Shown one piece after another: positions 1 to 9,560 of a DNA stretch of 64,000 nucleotides. The DNA comes from Mantamonas sphyraenae STR306. Its lineage: Eukaryota; Protista; CRuMs. Where the stretch lies: the NCBI GenBank assembly GCA_026936335.1, contig JAPMXV010000006.1, forward strand, positions 248,001 through 312,000, written 5' to 3'. The position numbers and the translations under genes are program-made. The notes below the pieces were generated by a model. The model did not search any database. It was not told where the DNA came from and saw nothing but the letters and a program-made list of their open reading frames with translations. The first letter of the stretch is position 1, and each line of letters opens with the position of its first letter.

Positions 1-632
1 GCAACTACGAATCCGTGTTTGACGACTTTGCAAACGCGTTCGTCGACCCCTACGCCTCTGGCGAGGACTTTGACACGTTTGATGAAGATGAAGTGGAAAA
101 AACATGGAACCATCTGGTAGTGGTATCTGTGGGATCGTACAAGATCAGCATCGTGCCCACACTGGACGACTTTGATCGCTTGGACGCGTCTGTGTTTGCG
201 CTCTCGCCCGACCTGGGTAAGGTGTTGGCGGAGCACTACCCCAGCGGCTATGCGTTCCTGGCATGCGTGTTCACCGAGGGTGGCAAGATGCACCCCGTGG
301 CGTACGAGCATGCACGCAAGGAGGAGGCAGAGCTGTTTGTGCCTACGCATCACGAGCACGGCGACGGCAACCAGTCAAAGGCACACTGGGACCACAGCAT
401 CTACTGGAGCTTTGGGACGGGCAAGGCGACAGAGACGGACAGCACGGCAGCAGAGATGGTGAATGGGCTCAAGGTGGAGACGGCATTTGCGACGACCAAG
501 GTCGACTGGAGCAAACTTCCAGAGACGCTGGTGCAGCCGAACCAGGCCACCGACTTGTACCGTCTGGAACTCGAAGGCATGCAACCGAATGTGGATCTGT
601 TTCTGGAGGCGAACGTGGAGGCGATTGCATGA
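1..632 (+). CDS. Uncharacterised protein, 5'-truncated by the window edge
   Basis: Open frame with coding-like codon use to TGA at 630-632. Motifs VGSYKISIVP..DFDRLD, HPVAYEH, LFVPTHHEH, HWDHSIY. Confidence 0.75.
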   Translation, partial: NYESVFDDFANAFVDPYASGEDFDTFDEDEVEKTWNHLVVVSVGSYKISIVPTLDDFDRLDASVFALSPDLGKVLAEHYPSGYAFLACVFTEGGKMHPVAYEHARKEEAELFVPTHHEHGDGNQSKAHWDHSIYWSFGTGKATETDSTAAEMVNGLKVETAFATTKVDWSKLPETLVQPNQATDLYRLELEGMQPNVDLFLEANVEAIA

Positions 633-676
633 TTGGTGAAAGAAGGGCCGACGACTCCATTTTCCCTCCCCCAGGC

Positions 677-1470
677 TCAATAGAACGCCACCAGATCGTC
701 GTTGTACACATGGTCACCCCGCACATCCCCACGTGCGGGTTTCTTGCCCTTGGGATTCGACCTACGCTCTTTGTAGTAGGCGCGCCACTCGTGTTTTGTC
801 TTGGTTTCTGGTTCCCAAGACGTCACAAGCTTCTCCACGACCGTATGCATCTCTGGCATGCCATTCTCCTCCAACAGACGCTTCTTCCAATCTACTTTGC
901 GCTCCTGTGGCATGGGTGGGTGGATGCCCGGGGAGGGGAAAGGGGGTCAGCACCACAAACACCGTATTGAGAATCCCGCGGATTCGCTCGAGGCGTTCTC
1001 GAACCCCACCTTGCGAGTCGGCTTCTTTGGCCTGTCTTCTGGATTGTGCCACACGTGACTTTGGTACTTGTGGAACCAGGTTTCGTTGTCAGCGGCGCGG
1101 TCGTACCAGGTGTGCGAGACCTTTTGCATCTGGAGCAGGGACTTGGCGTCGAGAAACGGAAACAGATTCAGACGCAGCACACGCTTGGGCAGCTCCGCCA
1201 CAAAGTCCACCTTGTGGGTTGAGGTGCGAAACACGTCTGTGTCCACCCAGTCTGCCAGACGCCCCTTGAAGACGATGGGCTCGTCGTCATCGTCGTCGTT
1301 TTCACCCTGTACATTCACGGCGCTTCCTCTTGCTCCTCTCCTTCCTCCACCTCCTCCTCCTCCTCCACCTCGGTCGCCTCCTCCTCAAACCAGTGCTCCC
1401 GCGCATACGCTTCGAGTTCTGCGGGCGAGAGAGCGCTGAGATCAATCTCAAGTGCGTCCACCTCACCCAT
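677..1470 (-). CDS. F-box domain protein (spliced; 5' exon junction uncertain)
   Basis: LPKRVLRLNLFPFLDAKSLLQMQKVSHTW..AADNETW is an F-box. In-phase GT-AG intron 905-1009 joins PTRK to ERKVDW. An acidic N-terminal exon from ATG 1470 is in a different frame. Confidence 0.7.
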
Positions 1471-1515
1471 TGGCGTTCTCGGTTGGTTGGCCTCGACGGC
1501 GCTGTGCTCGTCTCG

Positions 1516-2751
1516 TCACACAAACACATTCTCCCAAAAGCTGACCCCGTTGAGTGTTTCGTCTCTGCACAGCAGCTGGATGCTCTCTGCGTACAAGAGC
1601 TGCTCCTTGGCAAGTTGCAAGCTGGTGTCCCATCTCAGGGCAAGCTGGCGTGCGGTGAGGGGTCCTTCCGCCTGGATAAGCTGCAGAAGCCGCTGTGCCA
1701 TAGCATCATCGTCATACTCGGCCATTTCCACGACCAGGACGCCGCTGTCGAACGTACGAAGGCGCAGGGGCAGGTCCAGCTCGTCAAACAGCAAACACGC
1801 TCGATGCAGATCGTCCGGCGAGATGAGTTCGGTGCCACGCACGCGATTGATCACACAGTACATGTCAATGAGGGTGATGCGTCCTCCTGTGTTGCCCAGA
1901 TACGGCACCATGATGTCTGACAGTTGCCGTGCAAGCTGAGTCAGGTACGAATTCCCTGCCAGCTCGCGTGTCACCAGGGAGCCCACACCCATGCTCAGAA
2001 GCATGTTGCGCAGTTCTTTGGTCTGTTTCAGTTCTGCTTCCGACGCGTCGCCCTCCTCCCCGTCCCTATCTGCCACGCTGCGGCTGATCCGCTCGGCCAT
2101 TTTGATCATGTCCTTGGCGTTGCTCATCAGAGCCTCCAAATCCGAAAATGCCTCTTGCAACATGTCGTTGTCCATTTGTGTGCGTTGTTGCCTGGATCGA
2201 AGGAGGCCGCCGACGCCCGCTCGGCTTGTGTTGACCCCCTGTTCGGCGGAGCCCAGGGACGAGGCACCCTCTTGGGTCCCGGACGCCGTTTTGCCTGCGT
2301 CCGAAAGCCATGCTTCGCCCGACAGACACCCGTTGAGCTTTTCCAGAAAGGCGGGTTGGCCCCCGTTGCGGAAGCTGAGTTTGACAAAGAGTGGTGCGTC
2401 GCCGGAGCCGGAGGAGGAGTTGCCGGTGGCCTTGGCCAGCCATTCGCTCTGCAGGTTGACAATCACCTTGGGATGTGAAAAGATGCCAAAGCCAGCCCAC
2501 GACTCGACGTTGTCGACGGCTTGCAGGTTGAGGGCGATGGCAGTGGCTGCTGAAGCGGCTGTGAGGGTGCCAATCCAAATCACCCTGTGTGTGGTCAGGT
2601 GCACCACGCCCTCCTGGTACACACTCTCGCTATCTCCGTCGTACAACGAGACTCGGTCGCACACTTGCACCTCATGTTCATTGTCATATAGCATCGGACG
2701 GCCTGAGCTGGTCAATTTCACCGCCCGAAAGCCAGCTGGCAGGTCGGCCAT
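1516..2751 (-). CDS. VPS36: ESCRT-II subunit Vps36 (GLUE + EAP30 winged-helix)
   Basis: VSLYDG..GVVHLTTHRVIW, VKLSFRNGG, AGVGGL, EAFSDLEALM..AKDM, LIDMYCVINRVRGTELISPDD, LCRDETLNG..FWEN. Confidence 0.95.
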   Translation of the reverse strand: MADLPAGFRAVKLTSSGRPMLYDNEHEVQVCDRVSLYDGDSESVYQEGVVHLTTHRVIWIGTLTAASAATAIALNLQAVDNVESWAGFGIFSHPKVIVNLQSEWLAKATGNSSSGSGDAPLFVKLSFRNGGQPAFLEKLNGCLSGEAWLSDAGKTASGTQEGASSLGSAEQGVNTSRAGVGGLLRSRQQRTQMDNDMLQEAFSDLEALMSNAKDMIKMAERISRSVADRDGEEGDASEAELKQTKELRNMLLSMGVGSLVTRELAGNSYLTQLARQLSDIMVPYLGNTGGRITLIDMYCVINRVRGTELISPDDLHRACLLFDELDLPLRLRTFDSGVLVVEMAEYDDDAMAQRLLQLIQAEGPLTARQLALRWDTSLQLAKEQLLYAESIQLLCRDETLNGVSFWENVFV

Positions 2752-2776
2752 AGGTTTCGAGTTTGCCTGCTCGCAC

Positions 2777-3292
2777 TCACGCATGCTCGTCATCCTCCCT
2801 GTCAAAGTCCAATGTACGTGCCTCGAGCTCTTCCTCGCGCTGGGCGAGCTTCTCAATGATGAGCACCTCGGCAGGATGCAGGACGACGCGCAGATCGAGG
2901 AGCGTGTTGCGTGTGGTCTGCCAAACACGTGCGCGTGCCTCGTCCTTGGCAAAGGCAAACACGAGTTCCAACACGCCGCCTGTGTCGGTGCCCACCTGAC
3001 GCACCTTGGCGGCTTTAAACCGCGACAGCTCGGGTGTCGACAGCTCGCTCAGCGTCAGCTCCTTGAACGCGATTACAGACCCTTCCTGGAGTGTCATGGC
3101 ATCGTGGGTGAGTGAGTGAGGGGATTGGGTAAGGCGGTTTGGGGAAACGCACGTGTCTGTGTGCCCTTGTGCGCAAGCTCAGTAGAAATTTACATGGTCC
3201 TCGTTCATGTGGTATTTCAGAACAGGTCTGTGTCATGATGTTTTCTCATCCTAGCAAGGCAGTGGGCATCGGCACGGCATGCAACAAAAGAC

Positions 3293-3329
<37 letters not shown>

Positions 3330-4670
3330 ACAACATACCTCGACGTCCTGGTCGTCCTGGAGCACGGGGAGCTGTTCCAGATAGCGTTGGGTCCAGCCCT
3401 TGTTGAGGAGCTCCTGCTTTGGCTGCGTCTGATCACTGCTGCCTGTGTCTGCTGCTGTGGCATCGTCCAGCAACCCCGCGCGTGCGCGTGCCTTTTCCTG
3501 CTGCGGTGTCCCCGTCCAGTACCAGTGCTCGTAGTACTCCACAGGCGGGCCCTTGCGTGTGTATGTGCTTGCGTTGATCATGAAGCTGCGATGTTGGTAC
3601 CTGTCCTTGGCTGCGAGAGCGCGTGCTCGTTTGTCCTCTTTGTCCTCCTCGTCTTGTGCACGCTCGTGCTCTTCCTCCTCTGCCTCGGCGGTTTCAAACA
3701 CCGTGTACTGGCCCTGTGGTGCGGCATAGTTGCCCTCCTCTGCATTTTCCTGCTGCTCCTGCACGGGTTGCTTCCTCTTGCTTTGTTTCTGTTGCTGCTT
3801 CTGTTGCTGCTGCTGCTGCTGCTTGCGGGCCCACTTTTTGTGTGGTCCCGCGTTGGCCCACGAGATCTTCACCACCTCTGCCCGCTTGGCATTCTCTGCC
3901 ATCTCCTCTGCAGAAGCCTCAAATCCTTCGTCCCGCCCGCGCACGTACCGAGGCCCCGCCGACCCGATTCGGTCTGGAGTCGCAAGCACTTTCGGCAAGC
4001 CGTACTTCAGGAACGCTCCCAGCGATTTGGTTCCATACAACACACTCGGCTGCTCTTCTTCTTCTTCTTCTTCTTCTTCTTCTTCCTTCTCTTCCTCTTT
4101 CTCGTCCTCGTCATCGCTGCTGCTGTCGCTGCTGCTGTCACTGCTGCTGTCACTGCTGCTATCGCTGCTGCTGGCGCTGTTCAGCCGGCGTCGCTTCCCC
4201 CGCTGCCCTCTTTGCCTCGGCTTCTTGACCCGTTTCTCGTCCGTCTCGCTCTCACTGCTGCTGCTGCTGCTCGAGCTGCTATCACTGTCACTCTCGCTGT
4301 CACTGCTCTCGTCGTCCTCCTCCTCATCCTTCTCCTCCTCCGCTTCCTCTTCCTCGTCGTCTGAAGACGAGGAACTGTCCAATGCAGCATCCTCCCGGGT
4401 CCGCTTGTTTTGGCGCGTGTGCACCTGTCCACCGACGTGAACGGTGTCGCCGTCGCGCAGCACCTCGATGGGCTCGTGTGTGGGCAACACAAAGCCGTCC
4501 AGCGAGAGCAGCAGGTCGACGTGTGTGTCGTGTGAAGCGACGAGGAACATGCGCTGCACATGCAGCTGCAGTTCCGCCACCGTGCTCACCTGTCCTGGCA
4601 CGTGCAGCCACACCTTTGCATGTTTCGCCATGTCCCGCAAGGGCACATCAAACTCCACGCGCAGACGCAT
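2777..4670 (-). CDS. COIL: Coilin (N-terminal domain, acidic/basic linker, C-terminal Tudor-like domain); intron 3086-3338
   Basis: MRLRVEFD..LLSLDGFVLP..EVLRDGDTVHV matches the coilin N domain. EGSVIAFKELTLSELSTPELSRFKAAKV matches the coilin Tudor domain. The GTATGT...CTCCAG intron joins them in frame. Confidence 0.85.
3175..3256 (-). ncRNA. Intronic box C/D snoRNA, U25/SNORD25/snR56-like (18S Gm1428 yeast / Gm1490 human equivalent)
   Basis: Minus strand: C-like box AGGATGA (3252-3246), guide CACAGACCTGTT (3232-3221) directly before D' CTGA (3220-3217), terminal D box CTGA (3182-3179). The guide is the exact complement of conserved 18S AACAGGUCUGUG. Confidence 0.85.
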
Positions 4671-4725
4671 CCATCAGAATTCACGTGGTTTGGCCGTTTG
4701 CTTCGCGTTTTTTTTGCTGCCGCCC

Positions 4726-5581
4726 ATGTCGCATTCTTCCGTCACCCCATTTTACGAATATGTGCCCAAGCAACCACGTGAGTCTCCGTTGGACTCGCTC
4801 CACGTCGGCTCCTTCTCCTCCGGGGCTGCCAAGTTTGGCTATGCCACAGCGTACCCGTTTGCCCCGCACGCTCTGCGTCGCACCACCTCCAAGATGCGAT
4901 CGCAGATCAAGGAGAGCTTCCATGCGTTCGATTCCGACGCAAAGGGCTTCCTCAACCGCAAGGACTTTAAACTCGCCACCCTCTCGCTGGTCGGCTACAA
5001 ACCTACAAAAGTCCGTTGCTTTGCGCGCGACTCAAGAAAGCGCCATCCCCGTGCTGACACTCTCCTCCCCAAACCCACCGCAGTACGAAGTGACACGCAT
5101 GCTGCAAAGCACGGCGGACGGCATCAAACAGATCTACATCCAGGAGCAGACTGGGGACATCTGTGTGGATCTGGCTCTGTTTACGCGGCTCATGGAAGCG
5201 AAGCTGGTCACGCTGTACGACGAGGAGGAGATCCGGCAAATGTTTGCCGTCTTTGACGACACCTTTAAAGGATTCATCACGCTGGACGACCTCGAACGCG
5301 TGCTCCAGGACAATGCCCACTTTCTCCTCGACTCGGACGTCCTCATGCAGATCTTCAGCGAGATCGACCGCAACCAGGACGGCCGCATCTCCTTCAGCGA
5401 GTTCCAGTGGCTCATGCGCTGGTCCGATAGCACACAGGACGACAACGACGACGACGCCGACATCGACGACACTGGAAACAGGTCCAGCAGCAGTGGCAGT
5501 GGTGGTGGCGCATACGGTGGCAACCAATCGACGACGACCACGACCACTGCAAAGGATGTCCGATTCCGAGGTGTCGAGTGA
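4726..5581 (+). CDS. EFCAB11: EF-hand calcium-binding protein EFCAB11-like; intron 5011-5083
   Basis: FDSDAKGFLNRKDFKLATLSLVGYKPTK|YEV, FAVFDDTFKGFITLDDL, FSEIDRNQDGRISFSEF. Confidence 0.8.
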
Positions 5582-6460
5582 GAATCTGGCAGAGAAGCTG
5601 GGGGTGGGTTGCGTGTGGGGGGGCAGGGTTGCTTCTTGGGGAGTAAATTATCGTTGCAATTGTCTGTTGTTGCTGACACCCTTGGCGGCAGACGTACGAG
5701 GGAGAACGCAACGATGCTCAGCAGCGCCATGGCAAGGGCCATGCGGTGTTGCCCAACAAGGACGAGTACGAAGGTAGGTGGCCAAACGACGTCCTCTCAC
5801 GCCCACACGTGGCTTGTCTCTTGCCATGATCATGCAGGACACGGGAGGGAGATGTGATGTGCTTGTGCTTTGTGACCGTTTCCCAACCTGGGCCTCTTTT
5901 CGGCGTCGCCACAGCCGCAACATACGCTTACACGGACACGCAACTCGGACCACGGGGATGTGAAAACACTGTGTGCAGGCGAGTATGCCAACGGCAAGCG
6001 CAACGGCAAGGGCAACTATGTGTTTGTGGGGGGAGCACTGTACGAGGGAGAGTACAGGGAGAACTTGCGGGAAGGCCAGGGCACATACAGGGTGCTCAAG
6101 GGCGAAGAGACGGTGGTGGCCATGTACGAGGGCAAGTATCGTGGGGGCCGTCGTGAGGGCTCGGGCACATACACCTACCCGAATGGCGACACGTACACGG
6201 GCGACTGGAAGAACGGCAAACGCCACGGCACAGGCACATACACGTACGCGGACACAGGTGCCACCTATGAGGGTGACTTTGTGCGTGGCAAGCGCCATGG
6301 CCAGGGTACATTGACTCTGGGCCCCACCGTGTACAAGGGTGCCTTTGTCAACGACCAACCCGCCGGCGACGGCACCTTTCTCTTCCAGGACGGCTCGCTT
6401 GCCCAGGATGGCACCATGGTCAACGGCAGCTGGGTTTCTGGGGATGTCCGTGCGCAGTGA
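5556..6460 (+). CDS. RSPH1: MORN-repeat radial spoke head 1-like protein; 2 introns
   Basis: Spliced MSDSEVSSENLAEKLG|TYEGERNDAQQRHGKGHAVLPNKDEYEG|EYANGKRNGKG..., followed by ~7 MORN repeats. The N-terminal YEGERN..RHGKG..LPN.D.YEG is typical of RSPH1. Confidence 0.75.
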
Positions 6461-6582
6461 CGCGCGACGAGATGCGACGAAGCAAAATCTGCCAAAAAGA
6501 AACCTGGTCTTCATCCACAGCAATCATTCACTTCCGCCTCCCATGGTGTGGCTTCCTCCCTTGCTTTTGTCACGCGTTCCTC

Positions 6583-7707
6583 TTACGGCTTGTTTCCGGG
6601 GTACAAGAAGGAAAACGCACGCCAGACACGATCGCCCCAGTAGTGCTCGTTGTGCATGCCTCCGTTGTCGAGGAAGTACGCCAGGTTCTTGCCCAGCTGG
6701 AATCCCAGAGTCTCCATCTGGTTGCGCACACGGATGGTTTGGGCCTCGTCGTCGTTGTCTGGCCCTGCGTTGCCGCTGTCCAGGTACACACGGATGGCCG
6801 GCGTCGCGTGCGCGGGCATCACCGTGTTGAGAAAGTCCTCGTTGTTCCACCAGAAGCTGGAGCTCATGCAGCCCACGCGTGTGACCTGGTGCGGACGTGT
6901 CCACCCAGCGTAGCAGGAAAGCAGGCCGCCCAGGCTCGACCCAATCGAGCCCACGTTTGACGGATCCGTCTTTGCACGCAGCTGTCCCTTGAGTTCAGGC
7001 AGCAGTGTGTCAAACACAAAGTCCAGATACTTGTCCGCGTCACCTCCCGCTCCCACCGAGCTGTCGTACGAGTACGTGTACTCGCTGGTTCGGTTGGCAT
7101 CGTTGTACGGACCAATCACAACCACCTCCTGCATGTCTCCGTTGAGCATGAGACCATCCAACGTCGGCTGGATGCCCCAGCATCCCAGCGGACAGCACGA
7201 AGAGCACTTGATGCCGTTGTAGAGGTTGTTCCCGTCGTGCATCACCAGCGTCGGGTAGCTTTTGTACCCATTCTCGCCAAACGACGGCGGCATGTACACC
7301 GACACGTCGCGAGTGTCGTTCAACGTCGGCGCATACGCACCTTGGTACACACTGATGGAACCCTGGGTCAGGAAGAACCAGGGGTAGACGGTGGCGTCGC
7401 CCTGCTGCACGCGCACGTTTTCTCCGCGCTGCCACACGGTGTCGTTGAGCAGCACCTTGACCAGGAGCTGGCTGCTGCTGTCCTTTACCTGCACCGCCAC
7501 ACTCCATGTGTCCTCTCCACTCGCCGTCATCTCCACACCCTTGCTCCAGCTCAGGTTGCCGCCCTCTCCGCGCAGGAATACACCTGTGTCGGTGCCCACG
7601 TTCTTTGCCAGCGGGTACTTCACCACCACTGTCAGTGTCGCTGCCATACCGCCTGCAACCAGCATGCCCAGCAGCAGCAGCAGCACGACCAGCAACGTTG
7701 TGCGCAT
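6583..7707 (-). CDS. Secreted alpha/beta-hydrolase (esterase family) with N-terminal CBM20-like module
   Basis: Signal peptide MRTTLLVVLLLLLG; FLRGEGGNLSWSKG carbohydrate-binding-like module; YPTLVMHDGNNL, nucleophile GSSLGG, YLDSG, GGMHNEHYW. No introns. Confidence 0.85.
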   Translation of the reverse strand: MRTTLLVVLLLLLGMLVAGGMAATLTVVVKYPLAKNVGTDTGVFLRGEGGNLSWSKGVEMTASGEDTWSVAVQVKDSSSQLLVKVLLNDTVWQRGENVRVQQGDATVYPWFFLTQGSISVYQGAYAPTLNDTRDVSVYMPPSFGENGYKSYPTLVMHDGNNLYNGIKCSSCCPLGCWGIQPTLDGLMLNGDMQEVVVIGPYNDANRTSEYTYSYDSSVGAGGDADKYLDFVFDTLLPELKGQLRAKTDPSNVGSIGSSLGGLLSCYAGWTRPHQVTRVGCMSSSFWWNNEDFLNTVMPAHATPAIRVYLDSGNAGPDNDDEAQTIRVRNQMETLGFQLGKNLAYFLDNGGMHNEHYWGDRVWRAFSFLYPGNKP

Positions 7708-7721
7708 GTTTGTGTGTGGTT

Positions 7722-8903
7722 TCATTGTCGACCCTCGCGCACCTGCATCAGTCCACACACCTGCACGTCGCACGAGCACCTGAACCATCCAACTTGAAAT
7801 GTGGCCACCACCTCTTGACAGCCTGGACAGCACACAGGTGTACCCACCACCTTTCGTTTCCTGCTCGACGACTCCAGTGGCACCGTGATCACCACGTCGT
7901 CCTCCGTCTCTGCAAACTCCACAAACCGAGGCACCACGTGTGTCCATCGACAGCCTCCCTCCCGGCTGCTGCCACTGTCCACCACCCCGCAGTACTCGCC
8001 CAACCCTGCATCCTCATCATCTTCCAGCGACACCCATCGGCAAGCCATTCCCTGCTTGCCGTTGCCCTCGTCTCCGCTGCTGCCACCCTTTCCCTTGTTC
8101 ATTTCCTCTTCCAGTGTCTGCAGATCCTTGTCGTCCCAGGGCAGCTTGAGCGTGGATGACTTTGCCGATTTGCTCTTGCTGCGCGCCTGCATGATGGACA
8201 TGTCTGCATGGTTATGCACCACACGTGACCACGGCGCCAACACGTAATTGCAGTGGGTGCATGTCACAGCGTGTCCTTCTTTGTCCACGTCGTCGTCGTC
8301 GTCGTCCTGGACGCCCAGACGCAACACCAATTCCAGATCGTCTCCTTTGCGCTTGCCTTTGCTGTGGCCGTCCACCCACGTGAGGGATTCCACCATGGCC
8401 TGTCCCAACGCCGCACGTTCCGTGTCGCCGCTGTACACTTCGCCAAACACAGCCAGCTGCCAGGCAAAGGAGGCGTTGGGGTGCACGGCGATGCGGCGTT
8501 GTTTGACCCACGCTGCCGCCTCCTGCATGGACATGTCACGGAAGCGGCAAAGGTAGGCCATGACCACAGAGGCACTCCTGCTGATGCCAGCCACACAGTG
8601 GACGAGCACACGTCCTCCGCCTTGCAGGGCGTCTTCAATCCATTGGCTTTCCGCTTCCAGGTGTGGGTACACTGTGCACCACGGCTCATCCTCGATGTCC
8701 ACCCATTTCCACGTCACCCCCTGTGTCTCTGCAATTGCCTGCGCCTTGTCGGCCAGCAGCTTGCGGTCATGGATGGCCAGCACGTGGGTCAGGTCCAACT
8801 CCTCCCACACCCCTCCGTGTGTGCCTGCCTTCATCGAACCCAAGAACAAAACATCGTCCAAGATGGTGGATGGCCATGCATTGCCAAACTTTGTTACGCT
8901 CAT
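7722..8903 (-). CDS. Dual-specificity phosphatase, DUSP12/Yvh1-like with C-terminal Zn-binding domain
   Basis: VLVHCVAGISRSASVVMAYL active site; C-terminal CTHC...CPGC...RCSC. Confidence 0.8.
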   Translation of the reverse strand: MSVTKFGNAWPSTILDDVLFLGSMKAGTHGGVWEELDLTHVLAIHDRKLLADKAQAIAETQGVTWKWVDIEDEPWCTVYPHLEAESQWIEDALQGGGRVLVHCVAGISRSASVVMAYLCRFRDMSMQEAAAWVKQRRIAVHPNASFAWQLAVFGEVYSGDTERAALGQAMVESLTWVDGHSKGKRKGDDLELVLRLGVQDDDDDDVDKEGHAVTCTHCNYVLAPWSRVVHNHADMSIMQARSKSKSAKSSTLKLPWDDKDLQTLEEEMNKGKGGSSGDEGNGKQGMACRWVSLEDDEDAGLGEYCGVVDSGSSREGGCRWTHVVPRFVEFAETEDDVVITVPLESSSRKRKVVGTPVCCPGCQEVVATFQVGWFRCSCDVQVCGLMQVREGRQ

Positions 8904-8972
8904 CACTCTGGCCGATTGCACTGTGTTGTGTCAGGCACCCCGCGCACCCGTCCTCGTCCTCACGGTGTGTCC

Positions 8973-9473
8973 TCATGACTTGTCCACCACCTTGGGTGCC
9001 ACAAAGTAGGGTGCGTGCTTCACGCGTGCGTGTTGCAGCGTGTCTTCCTCCCCTAGGGCGCCTCCGCCGCACTCCTCCGTGTCTTGACGCAGCTGCAACG
9101 ACTCTACGTCCTGCACGGGACTGTACATGGGTGCCACACTGTGCACCGCCTCTTCCGTGCCAATTTCCTCCGCGTGGATGTCGTCAATGTAGCGCAGCAC
9201 CTGGTTGACGTCGTAGGCGAGTCCGCCGTCCCTCGCAGGTGCAAACTCAAGACGCACCATGCGACACAGGTATGCCAGTTGTGTCTCATCCAACGCCTCC
9301 TTTGTCTCTCCCTCCCTGCCCGTTGCTGCAAACTCGGCTAGTGACCAGTGTGGCTCGTGACCCACCAGCTCTTGCAGCGTCGTGGTCTTTCCACCTCTGC
9401 CGCCGCTGCTGCTGCTTCCCGCTTGCCCCAGTGTCACACGTGTGGCACGCACCACACCGCGGGATCCAAACAT
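8973..9473 (-). CDS. GATC: Mitochondrial glutamyl-tRNA(Gln) amidotransferase subunit C
   Basis: Arg/Ser-rich presequence; [39 protein letters not shown]. Confidence 0.75.
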   Translation of the reverse strand: MFGSRGVVRATRVTLGQAGSSSSGGRGGKTTTLQELVGHEPHWSLAEFAATGREGETKEALDETQLAYLCRMVRLEFAPARDGGLAYDVNQVLRYIDDIHAEEIGTEEAVHSVAPMYSPVQDVESLQLRQDTEECGGGALGEEDTLQHARVKHAPYFVAPKVVDKS

Positions 9474-9560
9474 TGGTGCACGTTTTGGAGCAAGTTTTGT
9501 GGGCGGGACTGGCGTGGCAAGCGCACACGGCACCACCTCAAACCTTTCGAACCGCCATCC

